Source of the DNA: a virus
IMG/VR virus record: IMGVR_UViG_3300036768_000756
Location: 4,187 to 68,186 of that record
Reading direction: 5' to 3' (one strand)
Length of the DNA: 64,000 nucleotides
Shown here: positions 28,439 to 37,467 of the stretch, piece after piece
Layout of the letters: each line of letters opens with the position of its first letter
How positions within the stretch are numbered: the first letter of the stretch is position 1
The notes under the pieces: model-generated
Seen by the model: only the letters and a program-made list of their open reading frames with translations
Told to the model about the DNA's origin: nothing
The model's database searches: none
Made by a program: the position numbers and the translations under genes

Positions 28439-28975
28439 CTAGTTTCCCGGCTCATCATCCGGCATCGGCCGCCCGAGCCGGTACGCAAGCCGCTGCAGGG
28501 CACCCAGTATCTCCTGGCGATCCTCGTCGCTCGGGCCGGGTGGCGGAAGCTGCGGAGTGCTCGGCTCCAGCTCGACCCATTCGCACCGGATGCGGCCCTC
28601 GACCAGGGCCTCGGCGACTAGGCGGTCGTAGACGCGCCGGAATGTGCGGTAGAGCTCGTCATCACGGAGACGTGTGCCCTCGGCCAGGCGCATCGCCTGG
28701 AGGGCGAGTGATGGCATGCGCTTCCCGCGCCGCGCCAGCTCCCAGGCCTCCTCTGGGCCGGGCCAAGCATCGTCGAGCGCGCGCACGATCGCGATCCAGG
28801 ACACGCGCTCTCCTCGCGCTGCGATGCGGGTGATGGCATTGCGCAATTCGAGCGGTCCGAGCCCGTACGGCGCGAGTTGGGCGCCGATGAGAACCGCGGT
28901 CTGGCGCTCGACCTGGATGCCGTGGAACGATGCCGCGGCCATGATTGCGTCAGCCAGCGTGTCTACCGTTGCCAT
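28439..28975 (-). CDS. Replication-associated protein downstream of initiator (helicase-loader position)
   Basis: AGGAGG RBS; WPGPEEAW motif; conserved at 62694-63233. Confidence 0.55.
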   Translation of the reverse strand: MATVDTLADAIMAAASFHGIQVERQTAVLIGAQLAPYGLGPLELRNAITRIAARGERVSWIAIVRALDDAWPGPEEAWELARRGKRMPSLALQAMRLAEGTRLRDDELYRTFRRVYDRLVAEALVEGRIRCEWVELEPSTPQLPPPGPSDEDRQEILGALQRLAYRLGRPMPDDEPGN

Positions 28976-30242
28976 TGTGACCTCCTGTCTGCTTCGGTTG
29001 CGGGCCAAAGACAAGCCCGTGCTGGATGGCCCATTCAATCCCCTCCACGATCTCGCGCCGTTGCTGTTCCCATTCCCTGGCAAATGCGGGCTTCCAATCC
29101 CGCATCTCGACCAGCAGCACCTCGCAGTCCCTGAGCAGCAGCGAGAGCGGATGCCGGGCCCGCACGTGGATGCCACCAGCGCGCTCGACGTACCAGCGGG
29201 CGAGCCGCGGCGCGTCCTCGATGCCGACGCGCTTGACCAGCTGCAGGCACATCGAGTTGGTCCGGGCGTTTCGCGGCGGGCGGGAGCCGTATCGCTGCTC
29301 ATAGGCCGATGCGTACGCCTCCCAGGTCTCCGAGCCTGGGGCCCCCTGGGGTTGCGCAGGTGGGTGGTGTATTTCCGGGTTGACAGCCGGCAGATTTTCG
29401 TGACACGCGCTAGACGCGCAAGAATCGGTTATAAGCGACGTTTGGGGCCTGCTGGCTACCATGGTACTGGTCGGGGTGCGTCTTAGCTTCCTGGGCGAAT
29501 TCTGGCGTTTTGGCGGCGTGGTTGGTTGTGCGGCCGTTTCTGGTGATGCATGGGTAGCTAGGTGATCAGTGTCTGTGGTGGCAGTAGGATCACTCGTGCT
29601 GCGAGCCCTAGCTACCCTGGGATCGTGATCCGAGTTGGGCTGAGTTTCGCTGCGCGAAAAATTGTGGCGCGTCCCGCTGAGCTTTAGCTCAGCGGGAACA
29701 TTCAAACCTACTAGCGATAGATTATTCTCGCTATTGCGGCTTGTTAGATCTATCGTAGTAGGATGTTGGGGGTGAGAGAGATTAGGAAGAGATAGGGGGT
29801 TATAGGGGGGAAGAGGAACCTCAAGAGAGAGCGGGGGGCCGGCGCACAAAATTTCTGTTGACGATACATGGGGGTCATTTGCCCCCCATGTGGGGGTCAT
29901 TTGCCCCCCGTGTGGGTGGCTTTTGCCCCCCATATGGGGGGCATTTGCCCCCGGGGCTTTTGCCCCCCATATGGGGGTCATTTGCCCCCCATCCCAGTTC
30001 GTGGCGTGGGTGGCATTCGCCCCCCATGCGAGCGCCCACGTTGTACCAGCCTGCTCGATTGCGCCGATCTCTTTTAGCCGTGCAATGCTGCGGCGGATGC
30101 GCTTACGGTCCGCACGGAACAATCGCCTAAGCCGATACACCGACATGGGCCCGCCCAGTGCCAATGCCAGCGCAACGGCAATGTCCGCCCGCGACATGCC
30201 TCGCGATGCGAGGCCCCGAATGAGTCCCATGATCTCTCTCAT
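28950..30242 (-). CDS. Phage replication initiator (lambda O-like architecture)
   Basis: N-terminal winged-HTH-like region, intragenic iterons, low-complexity linker, conserved C-terminal domain (YEQRYG.RPPRNA). Confidence 0.75.
   Translation of the reverse strand: MREIMGLIRGLASRGMSRADIAVALALALGGPMSVYRLRRLFRADRKRIRRSIARLKEIGAIEQAGTTWALAWGANATHATNWDGGQMTPIWGAKAPGANAPHMGGKSHPHGGQMTPTWGANDPHVSSTEILCAGPPLSLEVPLPPYNPLSLPNLSHPQHPTTIDLTSRNSENNLSLVGLNVPAELKLSGTRHNFSRSETQPNSDHDPRVARARSTSDPTATTDTDHLATHASPETAAQPTTPPKRQNSPRKLRRTPTSTMVASRPQTSLITDSCASSACHENLPAVNPEIHHPPAQPQGAPGSETWEAYASAYEQRYGSRPPRNARTNSMCLQLVKRVGIEDAPRLARWYVERAGGIHVRARHPLSLLLRDCEVLLVEMRDWKPAFAREWEQQRREIVEGIEWAIQHGLVFGPQPKQTGGHNGNGRHAG
29868..30025. 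repeat. Iteron array, putative replication origin
   Basis: About 7 copies of GGGG(T/G)CATTTGCCCCC and variants, mostly ~22-bp spacing, beside an AT-richer tract (~29690-29810). Confidence 0.8.
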
Positions 30243-30901
30243 GATCCACCTCCTAGTGTGTGCTCAATATCACGGAGAGCGATCGCAACCAACAGCCCGA
30301 CCTTGCCCAGCACCTCCGGCGCCCTGCGATGCCTGAGTCGCCGCGGCTGCGCCCTCTCGCGCCAGACAAGCCACCGCCACTCACCGCAACCAAGCCGATT
30401 GGCCGCGGCGATCAACCACCCGGGTCGGACACGTTCGGCCGCCTGGTTGAGCCAATAACTCGGGACAGACGCACTGGGCGCCCATCGTGTCCGTCGCATC
30501 GCGATATATCGCTGGGCCGGTTCAACCATCCACGGGTACTCGCTGCGCACATCGGCCAGATGCCGCGCATGTTCCGCGGTGATGCTGCGGATGGTGGCCT
30601 CGAACTCCTCTGGCTGCATCCGCATGCCTGCGGCCATGGCCTGCATGGCCCAAGGATCCCATTGGTCAATCTCCGCGGCATCGACGTAGCCGAGGGCGGC
30701 ATCGAGCAGCGCGGTGTGTGCCATAGCATGCCAGAGCTCCTCGTACTGCGACCTGTGGCTAGGCCGTATGGGCAGGATGTCGCCCTCATGATGCTGATAT
30801 CGCGGCCCGATGCGAGCCGGCTTGGGTCCGAACTTGCCTAACCGGAGACCGTAGATGCGTCGTGGCTTCGGTTTGCCTGTCATGCCGTCGCGCAATGCCA
30901 T
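30239..30901 (-). CDS. Hypothetical protein, first gene of replication operon (start may be 30883)
   Basis: Overlaps initiator start (ATGA) and contains its AGGAGG RBS. Confidence 0.7.
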   Translation of the reverse strand: MALRDGMTGKPKPRRIYGLRLGKFGPKPARIGPRYQHHEGDILPIRPSHRSQYEELWHAMAHTALLDAALGYVDAAEIDQWDPWAMQAMAAGMRMQPEEFEATIRSITAEHARHLADVRSEYPWMVEPAQRYIAMRRTRWAPSASVPSYWLNQAAERVRPGWLIAAANRLGCGEWRWLVWRERAQPRRLRHRRAPEVLGKVGLLVAIALRDIEHTLGGGS

Positions 30902-31013
30902 GATTCGCCGCGATGGTCAACGCTCGATTCAGGCCGCTCTTGACATGTGTCACGGATTGGAGTATGTTGTTGCCAACGATTGGCGCCAATGGTTGGCGCG
31001 AAAGGAGGTTGGT
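30884..31013. promoter_or_regulatory. Divergent early control region with sigma70 promoter and operator-like palindromes
   Basis: TTGACA(30940)-17 bp-TATGTT; minus-strand TTGACC at 30920; palindrome 30972-30997; AAAGGAGG RBS. Confidence 0.7.
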
Positions 31014-31781
31014 ATGAGCGACGAGATGAAATCTGAGGTTCAGATTCCGGAGCCGGCACCGCCGGCTCCACCGCCCGTAATCGGCGGCGGCGTGGCCACC
31101 ATCGAGCAGGCCCGCACCGTCGCCAGAGAGCTGGCGCGCGTAGTGGAGGAGTGCGGCCTGTATGTCGTACTCCGGGGCGGCCAAAGACACGTGAAGGTCG
31201 AGGGCTGGCTCACCCTCGGCGCGATGCTGGGGCTCACGGCCAGGGAGGTCTCATGCACCGAGTCAGACGGCGTCTACACTGCCGTCGTCGAGGTCGTGAA
31301 TTCCCGCGGCCACGTGCTTGCCCGCGCGTCGGCGGAATGCGGCGCACCCGACGAGCTCGACAGGCACGGGCAACCCGTTTGGGCGAACCGGCCGCGATAC
31401 GCCCGGCGGGGCATGGCGGTGACCAGAGCCACGTCGCGGGCCCTCCGCATGGCCCTCGGGTGGATCATGCCCCTGGCGGGGTACAGTGGCACACCCGCCG
31501 AGGATGTGGAGCCCATTCGCGACCAGATCGAGGCCGAGTCCGAGCGGCCGCCGCGGCCCCAGAAGCCGAAGCCGCGGCCGCAGCCGCAGCCGTGCCCTGC
31601 AGCGACGCAACCCGTCGACGACGAGCACCGCTGGGAGACGGCGGTGTCGGCAATCCACGAGGCGGAGCGCATGGCGGGATTGCAACAGACACCGGAGACC
31701 ACCCTGCGCAAGCAGGGCCTGGAGTGGTGCCGCCGGTACTACGCCGAGCTGCGCGCTCGGCTTGAGGCGATGGAGGTCTAG
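31014..31781 (+). CDS. Conserved phage protein, candidate single-strand annealing protein
   Basis: Strong RBS; VKVEGW, MAVTRATSRALR, YSGTPAED; upstream of an exonuclease. Function is inferred. Confidence 0.55.
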   Translation: MSDEMKSEVQIPEPAPPAPPPVIGGGVATIEQARTVARELARVVEECGLYVVLRGGQRHVKVEGWLTLGAMLGLTAREVSCTESDGVYTAVVEVVNSRGHVLARASAECGAPDELDRHGQPVWANRPRYARRGMAVTRATSRALRMALGWIMPLAGYSGTPAEDVEPIRDQIEAESERPPRPQKPKPRPQPQPCPAATQPVDDEHRWETAVSAIHEAERMAGLQQTPETTLRKQGLEWCRRYYAELRARLEAMEV

Positions 31782-31783
31782 CC

Positions 31784-32014
31784 ATGGCTGTGAGGCGTGG
31801 TCGAGATACCATCGGGCTGCGCGTACTCACGCGCGACCCACAGATCCGGGAGTACCTACGGCAGCACCCGGATGAGAGCCTGATCGACGCGATCCTCGCG
31901 GTCATGGACCAGCTGCAGCAGGAGAATGCCCTCCTGCGGGCAGCCCTAGACGACGCGCAGCGGGCCTATGACAGAGTATGCGCTGCGATCCGAGACATGG
32001 AGAGGGAGGTGTGA
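31784..32014 (+). CDS. Hypothetical coiled-coil protein
   Basis: GGAGG RBS; tight operon packing. Confidence 0.7.
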   Translation: MAVRRGRDTIGLRVLTRDPQIREYLRQHPDESLIDAILAVMDQLQQENALLRAALDDAQRAYDRVCAAIRDMEREV

Positions 32015-32015
32015 C

Positions 32016-32198
32016 ATGAGAATGACTTTCATCACGTTGACGTTCTGTCCCGCATGCAAGACTTGGCACAACAGAGATGCGGGTGCCGTCATCTGGCGCG
32101 AGCACCAATTCTGGTGCTCGAAGCACGCGGAGCCGGTGAAGTGCACCGGGACGACGTCTTTCCCGCGACTCGACTTTTCGGAGGGCGAGCAATGCTGA
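32016..32198 (+). CDS. Small zinc-ribbon-like protein
   Basis: GGAGG RBS; CPAC...CSKH. Confidence 0.55.
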   Translation: MRMTFITLTFCPACKTWHNRDAGAVIWREHQFWCSKHAEPVKCTGTTSFPRLDFSEGEQC

Positions 32199-33091
32199 TC
32201 GAACAACTTATCTCCCACGTCGAATCAAGCCGCGCGGTCCGGCCATCCAAACCTGGCGCGTGGAACATCGGGCGGTGCGTGCGGATGCTGTGGGCTGGTG
32301 CCCACGGCATCCCGCCGAGCGACCCACCGAGCGGGCGGCAGGTAATGTCCTTCGACCTCGGCAGCCGCATCGAGGACGCGATTATGTCGTATATCGAGCA
32401 GGCCGGCATCGGGCACATCCGCCCGCTCGGGCGCGAGGATGCGGTGCACGTGCCCTGGCTCCAGGCGTACGTGCGGCCGGATGCGCTCGTCGAGCTCGAC
32501 CGTGAGCTCACGTGGCCAGACGAGCTCGGGCTCGTGACGGTTGCGGGCATCGAGTACCAGCAGCCGCCGCAGCCGGGCGAGCTAGTGGTGCTCGAGGTCA
32601 AGTCGATGTCGGATTATGCGTTCGATCGGGCCTGTCGAGGCATAGTCGACGACGCATATCTTGCCCAATGTCAGGTCTACCTGGATGCGCTGGACTGCCG
32701 GTGGGCGCTGCTGCTGGCCTACCGCAAGGAGACGAGTCACCTCACCGAGGTCTGGATCCCGCGGAGCGAGCTGATCATTGATGGCTTGCGCGCCAAGGCG
32801 GAATGGGCCTTTGCTGACCGATGTCCCTCACGGCCCTACGAGCTCGAAGGGGCCTGCCCAGGGATCGCCGAGGGCCGCTGCATGGGTGGCCGCACACCAG
32901 GCCGCGGGCAGCCACACTCGGAGTGTGGCGGCACTGGGCTCATGCCGGGCGGACCGTACATCCCGGCATATCCATGCGGCTACTGCGATTACCGCACCTG
33001 GTGCTGGGGCGAGCTAGAGCCGGTCGTGGCGCGCATCGGGTCACGATGGGTGCCGCGATTCCGCCCGCGCGACAATGGAGGTGCATCATGA
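32192..33091 (+). CDS. Cas4/AddB-like PD-(D/E)xK exonuclease
   Basis: GRCVR, RPDA, LEVKS, QCQVY, CGYCDYRTWC. Confidence 0.85.
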   Translation: MLIEQLISHVESSRAVRPSKPGAWNIGRCVRMLWAGAHGIPPSDPPSGRQVMSFDLGSRIEDAIMSYIEQAGIGHIRPLGREDAVHVPWLQAYVRPDALVELDRELTWPDELGLVTVAGIEYQQPPQPGELVVLEVKSMSDYAFDRACRGIVDDAYLAQCQVYLDALDCRWALLLAYRKETSHLTEVWIPRSELIIDGLRAKAEWAFADRCPSRPYELEGACPGIAEGRCMGGRTPGRGQPHSECGGTGLMPGGPYIPAYPCGYCDYRTWCWGELEPVVARIGSRWVPRFRPRDNGGAS

Positions 33092-33336
33092 GAATCGACA
33101 CGCGAGACATCCGACTAGCCCGCGGGCTCGTACGCCGATGGGCGCGAGACCTGGCAACGGCCATGCTCCGCCGCGCCGAACACGACCCGCGGGTGCTCGC
33201 TGGTAGGCGGGAGCACTATCTCCTCAGGATCGAGCACGATGTGGTCATTTGCACCGACGTGCTCGACGACGATGGCGATCTCGTGTGGGTCTATCGATAC
33301 TTGCTAGACGGAGGCGACTATGCCTGGGTGCAATGA
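33088..33336 (+). CDS. Hypothetical protein
   Basis: GGAGG RBS; ATGA overlap. Confidence 0.65.
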   Translation: MRIDTRDIRLARGLVRRWARDLATAMLRRAEHDPRVLAGRREHYLLRIEHDVVICTDVLDDDGDLVWVYRYLLDGGDYAWVQ

Positions 33337-33619
33337 GTGGCTCACATACCCCGAGGCCGCAGCACGCCTTGGCACGACCGTGCAGGGCGTGCAACGGCTC
33401 GTGCGGCTCGGATTTATCGAGGCGCGGGACCGGCGCATCCGCGCGTCGAGCGTTGAGGACTACATCCGGCAGGGGCACACAATCCTTCCGGGTGTGTTCC
33501 GGCGGCTGATTGTGCAATTGCCACCGGACCTTGCTGAGCGGCTCAGGCGGGAGGCACAACAGCGGGGCACATCGATGTCCGAGGTGATCAGGCAGGCGCT
33601 GAGGGAGGTGCTGTTATGA
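33320..33619 (+). CDS. Excisionase-type HTH plus ribbon-helix-helix DNA-binding protein
   Basis: WLTYPEAAARLGTTVQGVQRLVRLG; VQLPPDLAERLRREAQQRGTSMSEVIRQAL. Confidence 0.8.
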   Translation: MPGCNEWLTYPEAAARLGTTVQGVQRLVRLGFIEARDRRIRASSVEDYIRQGHTILPGVFRRLIVQLPPDLAERLRREAQQRGTSMSEVIRQALREVLL

Positions 33620-33951
33620 CGCGGTGCGATTTCTGTTGGGCCGGCCTCGCACTCTGGGCGTACCTATATGTCGACCCAAAGCACGCCGATGCACTCAACG
33701 ACGTGACCATGAGCCTTGCGACCCTGGTGGTGCACGCCGTCTGCGGCTCGATGGTGCCAGGCCGGGGAAAGGACCCGACTGAGCTGATCGAGCACGTCCA
33801 CGGGATGGCCCACCGTGTGGTCGAGGGATACGCACTGGTGCTGCTTGAGCGCGCCGAGATGGCGTGCCGCCAGGCGCGCGAGGCCGGCAATCACGCGCGG
33901 GCGCGGGGGATCCAGACCAATATCGATCTCCTGCAGCTCGCGATGGACTGA
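33616..33951 (+). CDS. Hypothetical protein
   Basis: GGAGG RBS; ATGA overlap. Confidence 0.65.
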   Translation: MTRCDFCWAGLALWAYLYVDPKHADALNDVTMSLATLVVHAVCGSMVPGRGKDPTELIEHVHGMAHRVVEGYALVLLERAEMACRQAREAGNHARARGIQTNIDLLQLAMD

Positions 33952-33965
33952 AAGGAGGTAGAATC

Positions 33966-34322
33966 ATGTGGTGCAAACTATGTGCTGATGCCATGATGCT
34001 GATGCACGCGATCACGGGCCCGGATCGCAGGCTGCTCAGGCCCATCCACGAGGCCCTCAATCAGGCCGTCGCGATGGCCGTATGCTCATGGATCGTGAAC
34101 GGCACGAGGCTTGACGAGCTGGGCGAGGTGATCTCCGCCACCCACGGCGACATGCATCAGATCGTCTCCGCCCACTCCGGAGAGATATTGACACTGGCGG
34201 CAATGACCGAAGCCCGGTTGCGCGCCGATAATCCTAGGGCGGCTGACTTCATCGCAGTCCGGATCCAGTCGGTGACGCAGGCCCTGGCCCAGGAGCCGCC
34301 TGCCACCAACACGGAGGGATGA
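33966..34322 (+). CDS. Hypothetical protein (homologue of 939-1298)
   Basis: AAGGAGG RBS; conserved sequence. Confidence 0.8.
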   Translation: MWCKLCADAMMLMHAITGPDRRLLRPIHEALNQAVAMAVCSWIVNGTRLDELGEVISATHGDMHQIVSAHSGEILTLAAMTEARLRADNPRAADFIAVRIQSVTQALAQEPPATNTEG

Positions 34323-34672
34323 CCATGCGGATCCGGTCTATCTATCTGGCGCGCACCCATCGGGCATACTACCACCTGTGGCTGTGCGGGATATGCAGAC
34401 TAGAGGCGCTGCCGCGCGGGCCCAAGGTGGTCTGGTCGCAGTGCGGACCGCGCCGCTTCCGCGTGCCGGGGGTGGGGCATTTTTCGACTCTGGAGGATGC
34501 AATCCGCGCCGCCGCGTCGGACTGGCGGGCTAAGCGTAGCTACGGGCCGCGCACAGTGTATGTCCTGGCCGCCTGGGCGCTGCCGCCCACGGACCGAAGT
34601 GTCGAGGCGGCCATCCAGGCCGCCCGGGCGCTCCTGGCAGCACGCGGCATCGAGATCGATGAGAGGAGATGA
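34319..34672 (+). CDS. Hypothetical protein (homologue of 1302-1640)
   Basis: Conserved sequence. Confidence 0.75.
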   Translation: MTMRIRSIYLARTHRAYYHLWLCGICRLEALPRGPKVVWSQCGPRRFRVPGVGHFSTLEDAIRAAASDWRAKRSYGPRTVYVLAAWALPPTDRSVEAAIQAARALLAARGIEIDERR

Positions 34673-34676
34673 TGAC

Positions 34677-34976
34677 ATGAAGCATGCCGACATCCAATTA
34701 TACCCAGTCCGCTGCACCACGTGCGGCACGACCGGCACACTGCACGCCGTGCTGCTCCGGCACTGCGGCACATCGCCCAATCACCTAGGTACCGAGACCG
34801 TGCTGGTCGATGCCGAGACCGGCCACGTGGTCGATATCGACTACGACGTGGGCCATAAGCGCGGGCAGTATGATCACGCGGCTGATGAGTGCCACGGCTA
34901 CTGGTGCCCGGAGATGCTGCTGGTGGATCAGGCGACCGGCGAGGTGCTGGGGGCCGGGCTTTTGGCGTTCGATTGA
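34677..34976 (+). CDS. Hypothetical Cys/His-containing protein, absent from the other copy
   Basis: GAGGAG RBS; CTTC motif. Confidence 0.6.
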   Translation: MKHADIQLYPVRCTTCGTTGTLHAVLLRHCGTSPNHLGTETVLVDAETGHVVDIDYDVGHKRGQYDHAADECHGYWCPEMLLVDQATGEVLGAGLLAFD

Positions 34977-35035
34977 TCCGGAGAATGTCAGAGTTTCGTC
35001 ACTGCATGCGTCTATGAGACTAGGAGGTGCGCTTT

Positions 35036-35527
35036 ATGGGTTACATGCGTTACATGTGTCTTGATGGCATTGAGTCCCTGATCAGTTCTGCCGAATTGAC
35101 GATCGTGTTCGACCGCTGGCGGGTCCACTATCGCCGCGCGGTTCGTGGGAATCCCCCGGAGATTAGCTGTGAAGAACTCGAAGAGGAACATCCGGGCCTG
35201 ACGATCGAGAACCGCAAGTTTGGGATTCACATTGTTCCCAAGAGCCTCGTGGAGAGATGCGACGGCAGATATTTGCCCTTGCCAATGCTCATTACGCAAT
35301 CAAGACTATATCGCCTGCTCGGCAGATTGAGATACGCCGGCGTCCTGGCTGCCCCTGAGTGGGTCGAGGAGTGCTTGTATGCCTTCAAGTACCAATACGA
35401 CCGTGGATCGGAGCTGTTTGCCCGCATCATCCGGTACGCGGCCAGCGCGGCAGACGATGCAGGCGATGCAGAGGGTGCTGATAGCTCCGACGGTCAGGGC
35501 GACCCGGCCGAGGTCGTCGGCGCCTGA
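35036..35527 (+). CDS. Accessory hypothetical protein, lower GC
   Basis: AGGAGG RBS; ends just before the terminator. Confidence 0.65.
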   Translation: MGYMRYMCLDGIESLISSAELTIVFDRWRVHYRRAVRGNPPEISCEELEEEHPGLTIENRKFGIHIVPKSLVERCDGRYLPLPMLITQSRLYRLLGRLRYAGVLAAPEWVEECLYAFKYQYDRGSELFARIIRYAASAADDAGDAEGADSSDGQGDPAEVVGA

Positions 35528-35539
35528 TCTCGCGGCCAC

Positions 35540-35572
35540 AAAAAAGCCCCCGCGGGTGACCACGGGGGCTTT
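35540..35572. terminator. Intrinsic, probably bidirectional terminator
   Basis: Homologue of 1669-1701. Confidence 0.8.
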
Positions 35573-35644
35573 GGTGGTGGGGGCGGAGCCGCCTAGCGGA
35601 CCTGGTCCCGGAGGAGCTCCATCGGCTCCTCCGGGACAGCGCCG

Positions 35645-36733
35645 CTACTGCACGACTACGGTCGGCATCGGCGCGACCCGGATCTGCCGTGGCGGTGACA
35701 CATCGACCCGACGCGGACCAGGTACGATGATGATCGCGCGCGGCGTACCCTCCGCCGGTGGCTTCGTGGGCGTGATCGTGCGCGTCGGCGTGTGCGTCGG
35801 CGGGCTCGTGGGCGTAAATGTCGCAGTGCGAGTCGGAGTTGCCGTTGGCGTGTCTGTCGGAGTCCGAGTCGGCGTGTCCGTCGGTGTGAATGTCGGGGTT
35901 ACGGTAGGAGCATGAGTCGGCGTCGGAGTCTCACTTGGCGTCGGCGTTGCGCTGGGTGTGTCCGTGCGCGTGTTGGTAGGCGTGTATGTCGGCGTGACTG
36001 TCAGAGTCTCGGTTGGCGTCTGAGTGACCGTCGGCGTCTCGGTCGGGGTATGGGTCACCGTTGGCGTGTCGGTCACAGTCGGGCTCTGTGTGGGCGTCTC
36101 GGTGATTGTTGGAGTGTGCGTCGGCGTGCTGGTCACCGTCGGGGTGTTTGTCACGGTGGGCGTGTGAGTAGCGGTGTTGATCATCGTCGGCGTCGGCGTT
36201 CCAGTCGATGTGTGCGTCGGCGTCGGAGTTCGACTCGGTGTCTCCGTCGGCGTAAACGTCGGAGTGACAGTCGCCGTATGAGCCGCTGTCCACGTCTCGG
36301 TGGGTGTAGGCGTCGAGGTAGAAGTCTCCGTTGGAGTGAACGTCGATGTTGCGGTCGGAGTGTGCGTGGGCGTGGATGTCGGCGTGTTACTCGGCGTGAA
36401 TGTGGGGGTGACAGTGGCCGTATCCGTCGGTGTAGGTGTCACCGTCGGTGTCTCAGTCGGCGTCACGATCGCCGTCGGCGTATGCGTTGCAGTGGCGGTA
36501 TGCGTGGGTGTCGGCGTGCGAGTCGGTGTCTCCGTCGGCGTAGTGGTCGACGTCTCCGTTGGTGTCGACGTAGGCGTCGGTGTGGGCGTGCTCGTCGGTG
36601 TCGGTGTCGGGACGCTAAACCATAACGGTCGGGGATACGCGTCGACGGCGCTCGGGCTCGCAACGAGTAGATAAATCGCTAATGCGATGATGACGGAGAG
36701 CGATACGTGTAATATGCCGAGTGCTCGCCTCAA
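35645..36733 (-). CDS. Pro/Thr-repeat exported protein (copy 2, 362 aa)
   Basis: Homologue of 2105-3040 with a longer repeat tract. Confidence 0.85.
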   Translation of the reverse strand: MRRALGILHVSLSVIIALAIYLLVASPSAVDAYPRPLWFSVPTPTPTSTPTPTPTSTPTETSTTTPTETPTRTPTPTHTATATHTPTAIVTPTETPTVTPTPTDTATVTPTFTPSNTPTSTPTHTPTATSTFTPTETSTSTPTPTETWTAAHTATVTPTFTPTETPSRTPTPTHTSTGTPTPTMINTATHTPTVTNTPTVTSTPTHTPTITETPTQSPTVTDTPTVTHTPTETPTVTQTPTETLTVTPTYTPTNTRTDTPSATPTPSETPTPTHAPTVTPTFTPTDTPTRTPTDTPTATPTRTATFTPTSPPTHTPTRTITPTKPPAEGTPRAIIIVPGPRRVDVSPPRQIRVAPMPTVVVQ

Positions 36734-36744
36734 CCATCTGCTCC

Positions 36745-37467
36745 TCAGTCAGTTGTTCCAACCCATCCCGCCATATTGCGTTTCAAGCAAAGGCGATAAA
36801 CGATCGCGGCCCATGTCGCAGACACTGAAAGCGTTCCGCTAAATGCACCGCCACCATCATAACCATGCTGAAACGTTGCGCGGCACGTTGCGGACACACA
36901 GTTGCTAATGCCGCAGAGTTGTGTCCCAGTACCTGTGAGCGTCGGTGCTGAATTAGTTGAGTACACCATCACAGATGCGATCGTTGCCGCACCATAGCCA
37001 GCAGGACAGCTTGCAGTAGCCGCAGGCACAGAAACAGATGTACCGCTACCAATCGCAGTCTGCGTTTGAGCAAGCGTGACATCTCTTGCCTGCGCTACAT
37101 GCGACACACAGATATTCTTAATCCGCACGTTGGTCGAGAAAGACCCTGTCCACGTCACCCCGGTTTGCGCTCCGGGCACGCTGAACGGCCTGCCAACCCC
37201 ATCAAGATCGGCACCGTTGTTGACCTCGACTCCGCTGCTCAGGGGAACAGAGCTAGCCCAAGACGAAGTGATACTGTACCCGGTCGTGTTATCGGAGGAG
37301 TGGGCAACGACGACTGCTCCCTTAGTTGGGACATCGCCGATGCAGCTGATGGACGTAGTATAGGTCGTGCTTCCAGCGTTGCAGACCTGCGAGTATGTAT
37401 ACGCGAGGGCTCCCCTAGACACGATGGACAGGCACGCAACACTAATCAGAATGCGCCGACCGATCAT
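36745..37467 (-). CDS. Secreted Ser/Thr-rich protein (copy 2)
   Basis: Homologue of 3052-3771; signal peptide. Confidence 0.8.
   Translation of the reverse strand: MIGRRILISVACLSIVSRGALAYTYSQVCNAGSTTYTTSISCIGDVPTKGAVVVAHSSDNTTGYSITSSWASSVPLSSGVEVNNGADLDGVGRPFSVPGAQTGVTWTGSFSTNVRIKNICVSHVAQARDVTLAQTQTAIGSGTSVSVPAATASCPAGYGAATIASVMVYSTNSAPTLTGTGTQLCGISNCVSATCRATFQHGYDGGGAFSGTLSVSATWAAIVYRLCLKRNMAGWVGTTD

Noticed and set aside
32192-33091. Cas4 as evidence of a CRISPR-Cas system
   Set aside because: No array or other cas genes; solo Cas4-like exonucleases are common in phages.
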